Notes: a model not told the origin generated them from the sequence alone. A DNA stretch of 64,000 nucleotides from an uncultured Bifidobacteriaceae bacterium (GCA_964505725.1 CAZDJK010000052.1:66295-130294), one strand, 5' to 3'; positions 25,493-35,899 are shown, counted from the stretch's first letter. Numbers and translations: made by a program.

Positions 25493-25972
25493 ATGTCGAG
25501 CATGAAGAACGCCGAGGAGCTCACCGAGCGGTTCCGGGACCTCGGCCTGCGCGTCACCCCGCAGCGGCAGGCCATTTTCCGCCTGCTCCACGGGGTCGCG
25601 ACCCACCCCACCGTGGAGTCGCTGTACGAGGCGGCCCGGGTCGAGATGCCCACCATCTCGCGCAAGACCGTCTACCAGACCGTGCACGACCTCGAGTCGC
25701 TCGGCGAGGTGTCGCTGCTCGACGTGGGCACCGGCAGCATCCGGGTCGACCCCAACGTCGAGCGTGACCACCACCACCTCGTGTGCAACCGCTGCGGCAC
25801 CGTGCGCGACGTCCTGGTCGACGTCGCCGATCTGCGCGTGCCCGCTCGGTACCGGCGTGAGTTCGTGATCGATCACGTGGAGGTCGTGTTCCGCGGGCTG
25901 TGCGACGGCTGCGCCGCCACCCGGGATGCCGTCGATGCTCCTGTCACCCCTGTCCCGACCGAAACCGCCTGA
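25493..25972 (+). CDS. Fur-family transcriptional regulator (PerR/FurA-like by context)
   Basis: MSSMKNAEELTERFRDLGLRVTPQRQAIFRLL..., HHHLVCNRCG and GLCDGC metal-site motifs. An alternative ATG lies at 25502. Confidence 0.85.
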   Translation: MSSMKNAEELTERFRDLGLRVTPQRQAIFRLLHGVATHPTVESLYEAARVEMPTISRKTVYQTVHDLESLGEVSLLDVGTGSIRVDPNVERDHHHLVCNRCGTVRDVLVDVADLRVPARYRREFVIDHVEVVFRGLCDGCAATRDAVDAPVTPVPTETA

Positions 25973-25993
25973 CCCACAAGGAGACCAACCACA

Positions 25994-26413
<420 letters not shown>

Positions 26414-26457
26414 CCCTCGATGGCACGCCGTAGGCCACGGTCGGTCGACGCATCGCG

Positions 26458-27039
26458 ATGAGGAAGCTCACGCTCGACGACATCGTCGACCACCGGGCCT
26501 ACGAGCGCGAACGCGCCGCGTTCCGCGCCCACATCATCGACATGAAGCGTCACCGCCGGGTCGCGCTCGGCGATATCGTCACCATCGTGTTCGAGAACAC
26601 CGACACGATGCGCTTCCAGGTGCAGGAGATGGCGCGCGCCGAGCGGATGCTCAGCGACGAGGCGATCGGGCACGAGGTCGCCACCTACAACGAGCTCATC
26701 CCCGAGGTCGGCGAGCTCTCGGGCACGCTGTTCGTCGAGCTCGTCGACGACGCGAGACTCCGCGAGTGGCTGCCCAAGCTCGTGGGCATCGAATACGCGG
26801 TGCGCGTCGAGCTGCCGGACGGCTCGCACGTCGACTCGGCCCCGCAGGACGAGGAACGGCTGACCCGCGCCGACGTCACGAGCACCGTGCACTACCTGAA
26901 GTTCCGGTTCACGCCCGACCAGCAGTCGGCGTTCGCGGCGGGACCGGTCCGGCTGGTCGTCGACCATCCCGAGTACCACGCCGTCGCCGAGCTCGCCGAC
27001 GACGAGCGCGCCGAGCTCGCACGGGACTTCGCGGACTAG
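26458..27039 (+). CDS. DUF3501-family protein
   Basis: 193 aa. [64 protein letters not shown] matches my recollection of DUF3501, a family often found next to rubrerythrin. Confidence 0.75.
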   Translation: MRKLTLDDIVDHRAYERERAAFRAHIIDMKRHRRVALGDIVTIVFENTDTMRFQVQEMARAERMLSDEAIGHEVATYNELIPEVGELSGTLFVELVDDARLREWLPKLVGIEYAVRVELPDGSHVDSAPQDEERLTRADVTSTVHYLKFRFTPDQQSAFAAGPVRLVVDHPEYHAVAELADDERAELARDFAD

Positions 27040-27044
27040 CCGAC

Positions 27045-27479
27045 GTGGAAGTCCGCGTCGTGCGCCTCGACCCCGGCCTCGCGCTGCCACGCCAGCAGCA
27101 TGCGGACGACGCCGGCTACGACCTCCACGCGCGCGACTCGGTGACCATCCCTGCCGGTGGTGGGCGTGGCGTCGTGCCGACCGGGCTCGCGATCGCGATC
27201 CCGCCCGGCTACGCGGGGTTCGTGGTCCCACGCTCGGGGCTCGCGCTCACCCATGGAGTCACTTGCCTCAACACGCCCGGTCTCATCGATCCGCTGTACC
27301 GCGGCGAGCTGAAGGTGCTGCTCGTGAACACCGATCCCGACCGTGACTACACCGTGTCACGGGGCGACCGGGTCGCCCAGCTCGTGCTGCAACGGGTCGA
27401 GACCGTCGATTGGATCGAGGTCGACGAGCTGGACGAAACCGTCCGCGACCGGTACGGCTTCGGCAGCACGGGCCGCTGA
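27045..27479 (+). CDS. dut: dUTP diphosphatase
   Basis: GTG start. Contains [40 protein letters not shown] and the C-terminal RYGFGSTGR motif. Confidence 0.9.
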   Translation: MEVRVVRLDPGLALPRQQHADDAGYDLHARDSVTIPAGGGRGVVPTGLAIAIPPGYAGFVVPRSGLALTHGVTCLNTPGLIDPLYRGELKVLLVNTDPDRDYTVSRGDRVAQLVLQRVETVDWIEVDELDETVRDRYGFGSTGR

Positions 27480-27505
27480 GGCCGCGCGCTATCCTCGACG
27501 TCCAC

Positions 27506-27581
27506 GCGGACGTGGCTCAGTTGGTAGAGCACAACCTTGCCAAGGTTGGGGTCGCGGGTTCGAGTCCCGTCGTCCGCTCCA
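27506..27581 (+). tRNA. tRNA-Gly (GCC)
   Basis: GCGGACG acceptor stem paired with CGTCCGC, D arm GCTCAGTTGGTAGAGC, anticodon stem-loop CAACC-TTGCCAA-GGTTG, T arm GCGGGTTCGAGTCCCGT, and an encoded CCA. Confidence 0.95.
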
Positions 27582-27724
27582 GCACGAAGGCGCATCAACG
27601 ACCCCTGCCGGAGGGGGCGTCGGTAGCCGAGGGTGCGAGCGACCGAACCACCGCGAGGCCGGGACCACATGCACCAGATGTAAGGTCCTACCGTGCGTAC
27701 ACCCGCGCGAGAGGGGAGGCGCCC

Positions 27725-28594
27725 GTGTTCCCGTCCTCTTTCGACTACGTCGCTGCCCGGTCGGTGGACGAGGCAATCGCCGCCAAGCGAGAGGGGGGTG
27801 ACGAGACCCGCTTCCTCGCCGGGGGGCAGAGCCTGTTGCCGATGATGAAGGCCCGGCTGGCCGACCCGGCCAGGCTCGTCGACATCAACCGGATTCCGGG
27901 ACTCGACACGCTGGAGCGCAATAACGGCTTCCTGCGCGTCGGCGCGTTGGTACGGCACGCCGACATCGCGCGGTCGGACCTCACGTTCGGTGCCGTGGCG
28001 TCGGCGGCGCCGTGGATCTCGGATCCGCTCGTGCGCAATCGCGGCACGTTGTGCGGGTCGGTCTCGCACTGCGATCCGGAGGGCGACTGGAACTCGGTGC
28101 TGCTCGCGACCGGTGCCGACGTGGTGGCGCGCGGGTCGCGCGGCGAGCGCGTGATCCCTATCGCCGACTTCATCGTCGACTTCTTCCAGAGCTCGCTCGC
28201 CGATGACGAGATGGTCACCGAGGTGCGGATCCGCGTTCCCGCGGGCAAGAGCGGCGGCTCGTACCAGAAGCTCGAACGCAAGGTCGGTGACTACGCGACG
28301 GTCGGAGTGGCCGCCCACCTCGAGCTGACGGACAACGGCACCATCGAGCGCGCCGGGCTGGCGCTCACCGCGGTCACGCCGGTCAACACGAAGGCCGCCG
28401 CCGCCGAGCGGCTCATGCAGGGAGAGGTGCCGAGCGACGAGCTGTTCGCTGCGGCAGCCGACGCGGCGGCCGCCACGTCGGATCCGCGCGACGACGTGCG
28501 GGGGAGTGCCGTATGGAAGCGCAACATCGTGCGTGTGTTCACGCGACGAGCGCTCGCCGCGGCCGCAGCGCAGGCTCAGGCGCCGGCAAGCTGA
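27725..28594 (+). CDS. coxM: Aerobic CO dehydrogenase medium (FAD-binding) subunit
   Basis: GTG start after GAGGGGAGG. Contains FDYVAARSVDEAIAA, FLAGGQSLLPMMK and GTLCGSVSH, typical of CoxM/CutM. Confidence 0.85.
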   Translation: MFPSSFDYVAARSVDEAIAAKREGGDETRFLAGGQSLLPMMKARLADPARLVDINRIPGLDTLERNNGFLRVGALVRHADIARSDLTFGAVASAAPWISDPLVRNRGTLCGSVSHCDPEGDWNSVLLATGADVVARGSRGERVIPIADFIVDFFQSSLADDEMVTEVRIRVPAGKSGGSYQKLERKVGDYATVGVAAHLELTDNGTIERAGLALTAVTPVNTKAAAAERLMQGEVPSDELFAAAADAAAATSDPRDDVRGSAVWKRNIVRVFTRRALAAAAAQAQAPAS

Positions 28595-28607
28595 GAGGAG
28601 GCGATCC

Positions 28608-29069
28608 GTGGAGATCACGGTCACGTTGAACGGCACCGCCTACACGCACGATGTCGAGCCGCGACTGCTCCTCGTCGACTACATCCGTACCCGCGCCGCG
28701 CTCACGGGGACCCACATCGGCTGTGACACCACCAGTTGCGGCGCGTGCACCGTGCTCGTCGACGGGACGCCGATGAAGTCGTGCGCCATGCTCGCGGTGC
28801 AGGCCGACGGCGCCAGCCTCACCACCGTCGAGGGACTCGGCGAGAACGGCAAGCCGGGCGCGATGCAGGCCGCGTTCAAGGAGGCGCACGGCCTGCAGTG
28901 CGGCTTCTGCACGCCGGGGATGATGCTCGTCGGCACCGCGCTGCTCGAGGAGAACCCGAGCCCGTCGGACGACGACGTGCGGTGGGCCATCTCCGGCAAC
29001 ATCTGTCGTTGCACGGGTTACATGAACATCGTCAAGGCGATCCAGGCCGCTGCCGGAGCCGTATCATGA
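28608..29069 (+). CDS. coxS: Aerobic CO dehydrogenase small (2Fe-2S) subunit
   Basis: GTG start after GAGAGGAGG. Cys motifs GCDTTSCGACTV and CGFCTPGMM...CRCTGY. Confidence 0.9.
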   Translation: MEITVTLNGTAYTHDVEPRLLLVDYIRTRAALTGTHIGCDTTSCGACTVLVDGTPMKSCAMLAVQADGASLTTVEGLGENGKPGAMQAAFKEAHGLQCGFCTPGMMLVGTALLEENPSPSDDDVRWAISGNICRCTGYMNIVKAIQAAAGAVS

Positions 29070-31441
29070 CCATGACCCAGGGACCGGTCCAGAAGCCGTC
29101 GACGCCGCCCGAGATCGGCGGCATCGGTCACTCGGTGAAGCGTCAGGAAGATGACCGCTTCATCGCGGGCCAGGGCAACTACCTCGACGACCACGTGCTC
29201 CCGGGCATGCTGCACATGGCGATCCTCCGCGCCCCCGTCGCGCACGCGCGGATCAGGAGCATCGACACCTCGGCCGCGACCGCGCTCGACGGCGTGGTCG
29301 CCGTCGTGACCGGCGAGCTCCTGGCGCAGTACGGCCTCGCGTGGATGCCGACCATGTCGGGCGACACCCAGGCGGTGCTCGCCACCGACAAGGTGCGGTT
29401 CCAGGGTCAGGAAGTCGCCGCCGTCGTGGCCACCGACCCGTACCTCGCGGAGGACGCGCTCGAGCACATCGACGTCGACTACGAGATCCTTCCTGCCATC
29501 ACGACACCCCAGCAGGCGCTCGGCGATGACGCGGTGGTGATCCGTGACGACAAGGAGGACAAGAAGGACAACCTCGTGTACGAGTGGGAGAGCGGAGATG
29601 CCGCGGCCACCGATGCGGCGTTTGCGAGGGCCGACCGGGTCGTCACCCTGGAGACGCACTACCCGCGCTCGCACCCTTCGCCGCTCGAGACGTGTGGCAT
29701 CCTCGCCGACGTCAACTCGGTGAGTGGTCAGGCGACCATCTACATGACGTCGCAGGCGCCGCACGCCCACCGCACGGTGTTCGCCATGGTCGCGGGTCTC
29801 CCCGAGCAGAACATCCGCATCATCAGCCCGGACATCGGTGGCGGGTTCGGGAACAAGGTGCCCGTGTACCCCGGCTACGTGGTGGCCACGGCGGCCTCGC
29901 TCGTGATCGGCAAGCCTGTGAAGTGGGTCGAGAGCCGCAGTGAGAACCTTATCTCCACAGGCTTCGCGCGGGACTACCACATGAAGGGTGAGCTCGCGCT
30001 CACCAACGAGGGTCGTATCCTCGCGTTGCGCGTCGAGATGCTCTCCGACCAGGGGGCGTTCTACGCCGACGCGCAGCCCACGCGGTTCCGCGCCGGGCTG
30101 TTCCACGTGGTGACAGGGAGCTACGACTATCCCGCCGCCTACGTGAAGGCGCGCGGCGCGTACACGAACAAGGCGCCCGGCGGCGTCGCGTACCGATGTT
30201 CGTTCCGCATCACCGAGGCTTCGTTCCTGATCGAGCGACTCGTGCAGACGGCCGCCTACGAGCTCGGCATCGACCCGGCCGAGATCCGTTTCAAGAACTT
30301 CATCCAGCCCGAGCAGTTCCCCTACGAGACGCCCACGGGCTTCGTCTACGACTCCGGCGACTACCCGGCGGCGCTGCGCAAGGCGCTCGACGAAGTGGGC
30401 TACGACGCGCTGCGCGCCGAGCAGAAGCAGGCGCGCGCGGAGGGCAGGCTGCTCGGTGTCGGCATCGCGCACTTCACCGAAGCGGTGGGCGCCGGCCCGT
30501 CGAAGAAGTACGACATCCTCGGCCTCAAGATGATCGACTCGGCCGAGCTACGCGTGCACCCCACTGGCAAGGCGATCCTCAAGCTGGGGGTGAAGTCACA
30601 GGGCCAGGGACACGCGACGACATTCGCCCAGATCGTGGCCGACGAGCTCGGGATCCCTTCGAGCGACGTCAAGGTCGTCGAGGGCGACACCGACAACACG
30701 CCGTACGGCCTCGGCACGTACGGGTCGCGTTCCACGCCTGTCGGCGGCGCGGCAACCGCGATGGTGTCGCGCCAGATCGCAGCCAAGGCCAAGAAGATCG
30801 CCGCGCACCTGCTCGAGGCAGCTGACGCGGACATCGAGCTCGAGAACGGCAAGCTCTCGGTCAAGGGCTCGCCCGATCGCTCGGTGACCATCCAGGACGT
30901 GGCGCTCGCCGCTTACACCAACCTGCCCGACGGCATGGAGTACGGCCTCGAGGACGTCCACTACTACGACCCGCCGAACCTCACGTACCCGTACGGCAGC
31001 TACGTCGTGGTGGTGGAGGTCGACCCGGAGACGGGTGTGTGGAGGGTGCGGCGCATGGTCGCGCTCGACGACTGCGGTGTACGCATCAATCCCATGATCG
31101 TCGAGGGCCAGATCCATGGCGGGCTCACCGAGGGGTTCGCGAAGTCGTCGATGCAGTGGATCACCTTCGACGAAGAGGGCAACTGCATCGGCTCCAATTT
31201 CATGGACTATCTCATCCCCACGGCATGGGAGACGCCACGCTTCGAGCTGCTCGAGACGTGCACGCCGTCGCCCCACCACCCGATCGGCGCCAAGGGTGTG
31301 GGTGAGTCGGCAACCGTGGGCTCACCGGCCGCGTACGTGAACGCGGTGATCGACGCGCTCGCGCACCTCGGCGTGCGCAACATCGACATGCCCCTGCTGC
31401 CCGACCGGGTGTGGTCGGCGATCCAGTCGGCGACTGGATAG
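29066..31441 (+). CDS. coxL: Aerobic CO dehydrogenase large (Mo-Cu) subunit, form I signature
   Basis: ATGA overlap with coxS. It carries the form-I active-site loop GGVAYRCSFRITEA (AYxCSFR), and the gene order M-S-L is typical of form I. Confidence 0.9.
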   Translation: MTMTQGPVQKPSTPPEIGGIGHSVKRQEDDRFIAGQGNYLDDHVLPGMLHMAILRAPVAHARIRSIDTSAATALDGVVAVVTGELLAQYGLAWMPTMSGDTQAVLATDKVRFQGQEVAAVVATDPYLAEDALEHIDVDYEILPAITTPQQALGDDAVVIRDDKEDKKDNLVYEWESGDAAATDAAFARADRVVTLETHYPRSHPSPLETCGILADVNSVSGQATIYMTSQAPHAHRTVFAMVAGLPEQNIRIISPDIGGGFGNKVPVYPGYVVATAASLVIGKPVKWVESRSENLISTGFARDYHMKGELALTNEGRILALRVEMLSDQGAFYADAQPTRFRAGLFHVVTGSYDYPAAYVKARGAYTNKAPGGVAYRCSFRITEASFLIERLVQTAAYELGIDPAEIRFKNFIQPEQFPYETPTGFVYDSGDYPAALRKALDEVGYDALRAEQKQARAEGRLLGVGIAHFTEAVGAGPSKKYDILGLKMIDSAELRVHPTGKAILKLGVKSQGQGHATTFAQIVADELGIPSSDVKVVEGDTDNTPYGLGTYGSRSTPVGGAATAMVSRQIAAKAKKIAAHLLEAADADIELENGKLSVKGSPDRSVTIQDVALAAYTNLPDGMEYGLEDVHYYDPPNLTYPYGSYVVVVEVDPETGVWRVRRMVALDDCGVRINPMIVEGQIHGGLTEGFAKSSMQWITFDEEGNCIGSNFMDYLIPTAWETPRFELLETCTPSPHHPIGAKGVGESATVGSPAAYVNAVIDALAHLGVRNIDMPLLPDRVWSAIQSATG

Positions 31442-31450
31442 CGCTGGCGC

Positions 31451-32407
31451 ATGAGCATCGACGTCCTCGCCGAGGCGGTGCGGCTCACGCGGGATCGTCA
31501 GCCGTTCGCGCTGGCCACCGTCGTGTGGCGGCGGGCCCCGACGTCGGGGCATGTGGGCTCGAAGGGCGTCGTACTGGGCGATGGCACCGTACGGGGTTGG
31601 CTCGGCGGCGCGTGCGCCGAGCCCACGGTGGTGCGCGAGGCGTTGGCAGCACTGGCGGATCGCCGGCCGCGCCTGCTGTTCCTCGGCTCACCCGACGAGC
31701 TCGCCGCTCACGACGACGGCACGACGCTCACGGTTGCGATGGCGTGCGAGAGTGAAGGCGCGATGGAGATCTACCTCGAGCCGTTCCTGCCCAAGCCCCA
31801 GTTGGTCGTGATCGGGCGCTCGCCGGCTGTCCAGGCGCTCACCGTGCAGGCGCGTGCGCTCGACTGGGACGTGGCCGTCGTCGACGACGGAGGGCGGCCC
31901 TACGAGCATCCCTTTCCAGATCTCGTGCGCACCGTGCTCGACTTCGAGGGTCTCGGCGTGGGGCCATCGACCGCCGTCGTCATCGCCACGCAGGGCCACT
32001 ACGACGATCTCGCGCTGCGCGCCGCGCTCGCGACCGACGCAGGGTACATCGGCCTCGTCGCAGCCGAGAAGCGCGCCTCCGCGGTGCTGGAGTCCCTTCG
32101 CGACGAGGGGATGAGCGAAGAGCAGCTCGGGCGTGTGCACGCGCCCGCGGGTCTCGACCTCGGGCGGGTCGACAATGCCGAAATCGCAGTGTCGGTCCTC
32201 GCCGACCTCGTAACCCGGCGGGCCGCAGGACAGCTGCAGGACGCGGTCACGGCACCGCCGCGCCAGGCCATCGACCCGGTGTGCGGCATGACCGTGTTCG
32301 TCGAGGGAGCCAAGTACCACGCCGTGTACAACGGCCGCGACTACTGGTTCTGCGCGTCGGCTTGCCACCGCGCCTTCACGGGTGAGCCGTCGGCCTACGT
32401 CGCATAG
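31451..32407 (+). CDS. XdhC/CoxI-family maturation protein fused to a C-terminal YHS domain
   Basis: 318 aa with XdhC_CoxI N-terminal and Rossmann-like XdhC_C parts. The last 45 aa, IDPVCGMTVFVEGAKYHAVYNGRDYWFCASACHRAFTGEP, match the YHS/TRASH pattern. Confidence 0.8.
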   Translation: MSIDVLAEAVRLTRDRQPFALATVVWRRAPTSGHVGSKGVVLGDGTVRGWLGGACAEPTVVREALAALADRRPRLLFLGSPDELAAHDDGTTLTVAMACESEGAMEIYLEPFLPKPQLVVIGRSPAVQALTVQARALDWDVAVVDDGGRPYEHPFPDLVRTVLDFEGLGVGPSTAVVIATQGHYDDLALRAALATDAGYIGLVAAEKRASAVLESLRDEGMSEEQLGRVHAPAGLDLGRVDNAEIAVSVLADLVTRRAAGQLQDAVTAPPRQAIDPVCGMTVFVEGAKYHAVYNGRDYWFCASACHRAFTGEPSAYVA

Positions 32408-32469
32408 GTGGCGTCGGTGAGGGGCTGTCCTTCAGCGGGCCCAAGGCTCGGATGGCCCACAAGAACCGA

Positions 32470-32545
32470 GCCATGTAGCGCGAGTCGCCTCCGTGTGCTC
32501 GATCCCGCCGGGCATCCCTTCTGCCTGTTCGTGGCGGGCGAGTAA
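32470..32545 (+). pseudogene. C-terminal remnant of a VOC/glyoxalase gene
   Basis: The frame ending at TAA 32543-32545 reads ...RVLDPAGHPFCLFVAGE*, the typical VOC C-terminus. No intact upstream ORF exists because a TAG lies about 10 codons upstream. Confidence 0.3.
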
Positions 32546-32612
32546 CCGGGCAACGTGTTCGGCGCACCCGTCCGGCATTGTGGGGCGGTGGTCCTGCGGT
32601 CAAGATGGTGCC

Positions 32613-32984
32613 GTGATCGACCACGTCTCTATCCAGTGCGCTGACGCGGGCGCGAGCGCCCGGTTCTACGACGCCGTCCTCACCACGATCGGCGGCGTGC
32701 GCGTGATGGACTTCGGCGAAGTCATCGGATATGGCGTTCCTCCCCAGCCCGACTTCTGGATTGGGCCGCGGACCACCGGCAGCGGATTCCGCGAGTCGCA
32801 TCTTGCGTTCACGGCACCCGACCGGACCGCCGTGCGAGCGTTCTTCGATGCAGCAGTGGCCGCCGGCGCTGACGTGCTCCACGAGCCTCGGCTGTGGCCC
32901 GAGTACCACCCCAGCTACTACGGCGCGTTCGTCCGGGATCCGGACGGTAACAACGTCGAGGCGGTCTGTCATGCGCCGGAGTGA
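32613..32984 (+). CDS. VOC family protein
   Basis: GTG start: VIDHVSIQCADAGASARFYDAVL ... FVRDPDGNNVEAVCH. Confidence 0.8.
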   Translation: MIDHVSIQCADAGASARFYDAVLTTIGGVRVMDFGEVIGYGVPPQPDFWIGPRTTGSGFRESHLAFTAPDRTAVRAFFDAAVAAGADVLHEPRLWPEYHPSYYGAFVRDPDGNNVEAVCHAPE

Positions 32985-33062
32985 CCAGATCATGCCCGAA
33001 CTGCGAACGGCCTCGCGTCCGTCGTCGTCGCCCAGCCGGCGGTCGGGGATGGAGCGGTCGGG

Positions 33063-33443
33063 TCAGACGTGTTGCGTGAGTTCTATGACGTTGCCGTCGA
33101 GATCCTCGTAGCGCCCACTGCGGCCCCACGGTTCGTTTCGTGGCTCGTGGATCACGCGGGCCCCGGCTCGCACGGCGGCCGCGTGAGCTTGCTCGATGTC
33201 TTCGACGCCCAGGCTGAGTTGCACGCCGGCAGTGGGCTTGCCCTTCGCGGGGTAGAGGGCGAAATGGAGGTAGGCACCGTCTCGCCACGAGATCTCCGCG
33301 TGGCGACCGCCGGTCCAGCGGTCCTCGACCCCGTTGTCCCCAGGGTGAAGGTCCACACCGAACGCATCCCGGTACAGAGCTGTCGACCGATCCAGATCTG
33401 TGACTTCGAGGATCACGGCGACCAACCGGCGAGCGTCTGCCAT
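33063..33443 (-). CDS. VOC family protein
   Basis: 126 aa: LVAVILEVTDLDRSTALYRDAFGV ... YEDLDGNVIELTQ. Confidence 0.85.
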   Translation of the reverse strand: MADARRLVAVILEVTDLDRSTALYRDAFGVDLHPGDNGVEDRWTGGRHAEISWRDGAYLHFALYPAKGKPTAGVQLSLGVEDIEQAHAAAVRAGARVIHEPRNEPWGRSGRYEDLDGNVIELTQHV

Positions 33444-33576
33444 CCGAGCCGTCCCTGGTATCGGAACCGGGACGATAGGGCGAGACCCATGAGACGTCTA
33501 CCCGCCTTGGCGGCGTGCACCCTTGCGGCGTTTCGTCACCTCCGGTCGGGAGTCGAGATGCGACAGACTGAAGTGC

Positions 33577-33969
33577 GTGGCGCTGGACGAACCCGCGCGC
33601 GACGACGACCTGGCCCTGCGCCGCGTTCGCGCGATCTGTCGAGGATTCGCCGGTGCAGATGAGGGCGAGCTCCAGAACCGGCCGCTCTTCCGGGTTGGCC
33701 GACGACGCTTCGCGATCTTCAACGGCCACACCTCACCGCGACGCCCGCGTTGGAACGCATCAGGCCGGTCATTGCACTTCGTCGCCGACCCACTCGAGCT
33801 CGATGCTCTCCGACAGGATGACCGATTCACAGCATCACCGCACCACGGCGATCGCGGCTGGCTCGCGATCCGACTCGACCATCCTGACGCCGTGGACTGG
33901 GATGAGATCGCCGAGCTCCTCGAGTCTGCATACCGGCGCGTCGTCCCTCGTGCCCTCACCGGCGAATAG
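33577..33969 (+). CDS. MmcQ/YjbR-family protein
   Basis: LALRRVRAICRGFAGADEGELQNRPLFRVGRRRFAIFNG ... WLAIRLDHPDAVDWDEIAELLESAYRRV fits the YjbR pattern. The start is uncertain: the track ORF begins at 33523, and I chose the in-frame GTG at 33577. Confidence 0.6.
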   Translation: MALDEPARDDDLALRRVRAICRGFAGADEGELQNRPLFRVGRRRFAIFNGHTSPRRPRWNASGRSLHFVADPLELDALRQDDRFTASPHHGDRGWLAIRLDHPDAVDWDEIAELLESAYRRVVPRALTGE

Positions 33970-34000
33970 CTCCGCAAGCCGGCGTTCGCGGGCAACGCGG

Positions 34001-34306
34001 ATGGTGTGCGAAAGTGCCAACTCGTGGAGCCGAGATCGGGGGCTTGATCCTTGGGACTCCTCGTTCATGTTCAGCAGGTACGGCGAACGCGACTTCTTCC
34101 TGATCCACCTGCTCGACGAGACCGCACTGGGCCGGCCCGGGCCGACGACGTTCGGGCTGCTCGTTGACGATCTCGATTCGACTCATGCAAGGGCGCTCGC
34201 GGCGGGCGCAACCGAGGTCATCAAGCCCCGCGAAGCGCAGGGGATGCCTCGCAACTCCGCCGTCAAGGATCCGCACGGCAACTGGATCTGCGTCTACCAG
34301 GGCTGA
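34001..34306 (+). CDS. VOC family protein, probably 5'-truncated
   Basis: The second beta-alpha-beta module is intact (FGLLVDDLDSTHARALAAGATEVIKPREAQGMPRNSAVKDPHGNWICVYQ). The first module lacks its N-terminal strand/helix. The upstream part of the track ORF (33653-34000) is off-frame over the YjbR gene. Confidence 0.45.
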   Translation: MVCESANSWSRDRGLDPWDSSFMFSRYGERDFFLIHLLDETALGRPGPTTFGLLVDDLDSTHARALAAGATEVIKPREAQGMPRNSAVKDPHGNWICVYQG

Positions 34307-34418
34307 CCGCGACGTCCTCAACGCGCATGCTTTGGTCGTCTCGGACCCGGCGTTCGAGGGCACGTCGTCGGACCGCGGTGACCGTGGTTCGGCGGCGTTG
34401 CGAGGCGTCGCTGGGTTG

Positions 34419-35051
34419 TCAGTGCCGGGGGCTCTTCTGGGCGCGGAGAAGGATCTGGTACTCGCCGAGGTCGATGGCGGACGCGGCGAAGCCGGCGCTG
34501 CGTAACCGGTCCTGGACCGTCGCCGGGTCGAGCGGGACGAAGGTCTCGCCTTCTTCGTGATGCCGCAACCGGACTCCGTCCTGGTCGAGCGCGTCGGCCA
34601 CGAGAAACGCACCGCCGGGACGCAGCACGCCGCACACCTCGGCGAAGAGACGGTCCTGCAACTCAGGCGTCGGCATGTGATGGAGCATGTGGAAGCACGT
34701 GACCGATGAGAACCGGTCCGCCTGCAGGCCGGTGTCGGTTCCGTCGCCGTGCACGACCTCCACATTGCTGCCGGTCAGACGCGCTGCGAGAGCATCCGCC
34801 AACGAGCGGTCCAGCTCCAAGGCGGTGACGTGCGCGGCCCGCTCGCGCAGGAGGTCGGTCGTCCGGCCGGGCCCGGGGCCGATCTCGAGCACTTCGTCGC
34901 CGAGATCGCCGTTCGCGGACAGCCAGGGCAGCAGATCCGATTGCAGCATCTCCGCCCACGCGTCGCTGGCAAGGAAGGCCAAGTGCCCAGCGTTCATTGG
35001 CACGAACTCCGCGGGTTCGCTCTTCCCTGCTCGGTCATGGCTCATGGGCAT
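34419..35051 (-). CDS. Class I SAM-dependent methyltransferase
   Basis: Motif I VLEIGPGPGRTT and post-I LELD, followed by LRPGGAFLVAD. Confidence 0.85.
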   Translation of the reverse strand: MPMSHDRAGKSEPAEFVPMNAGHLAFLASDAWAEMLQSDLLPWLSANGDLGDEVLEIGPGPGRTTDLLRERAAHVTALELDRSLADALAARLTGSNVEVVHGDGTDTGLQADRFSSVTCFHMLHHMPTPELQDRLFAEVCGVLRPGGAFLVADALDQDGVRLRHHEEGETFVPLDPATVQDRLRSAGFAASAIDLGEYQILLRAQKSPRH

Positions 35052-35228
35052 CGCACCTTTCTAGACCTTCGACAGGGCATCCGGCTTTACCTCCTGGCGG
35101 CAGGCGCAAGACAAGGCTCCACTGGCGCTCGGTGCCCGCGTTCTGGGGCACCTTTGCATGTCGTTCTGGCGCGGTGGCCTCTGTGGCCGCGACGCATCGC
35201 GGGCGACCTGTACGCGGTTTGCCGAGCT

Positions 35229-35876
35229 TCAGGTGAGTCGGAATGGCGGGTATTCGTCGGTCATGAAGAGCACGTATGTGTTGACGCGGTAACCCCAACG
35301 TGCGACGCCGACTACGTAGTCGCGGAGAGCTCGTGGGTAGCGACCGGTGATGATGACAGCGAAGAACGTGATGATCCATACGAAGAACACACCGACGCCA
35401 AGCACCGCGAGCACGATGTAGTGGGGGATCGCGAGGAGCCACTTCACGAGCGGGAGCCAGCGGTTCATCTCGCCTGGTGGTTGGATGGAGAGACGAGCCG
35501 TGTCGATGCCGTCGTCGGTTGGGGTCGTCGCGAACGAGAACGGCGGGTATTCGTCGCGCATGAAGAACGCGAATGTTGTGACGCGCCATTGGTACCGGTA
35601 GGTCATCACACGGAAGTTGAAGATGCTGTCGGGGATACGTGTGGTGAAGAGCACCAGGAAGAACGAGAGCAACGCGAGTGCACGTTCGACGAGGACAAGG
35701 AGGTAGACAACGACGAACTGGGGGATCGCCAGAAGCCAGTTGACGAGTGGGCGCCACCGGGCGACTCCGTCGACCCGGTCGAAGTCGACGACAACGGGAT
35801 AGTCGTTCTTGTCGGTGGACCCGGGTTCCGGTGGCGGACCCAATGGCGGTGGTGGTGGCGTACCGGAGTCGGCCAT
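35229..35876 (-). CDS. DUF4389 domain protein (tandem duplication), membrane
   Basis: Two repeats of the pattern W(R/L)PLV(N/K)WLLAIP(Q/H)... G(R)(I/Y)P... Y..(F)M(R/T)DEYPPF. Pro-rich N-terminus. Confidence 0.75.
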   Translation of the reverse strand: MADSGTPPPPPLGPPPEPGSTDKNDYPVVVDFDRVDGVARWRPLVNWLLAIPQFVVVYLLVLVERALALLSFFLVLFTTRIPDSIFNFRVMTYRYQWRVTTFAFFMRDEYPPFSFATTPTDDGIDTARLSIQPPGEMNRWLPLVKWLLAIPHYIVLAVLGVGVFFVWIITFFAVIITGRYPRALRDYVVGVARWGYRVNTYVLFMTDEYPPFRLT

Positions 35877-35899
35877 CGACGCTCCTCACACTGGGCGGA

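Noticed and set aside
27582-27724. Non-coding stretch between tRNA-Gly and coxM, checked for att-like repeats or an sRNA
   Set aside because: I found no repeat of the tRNA-Gly 3' end anywhere in the window and no convincing hairpin or promoter pair.
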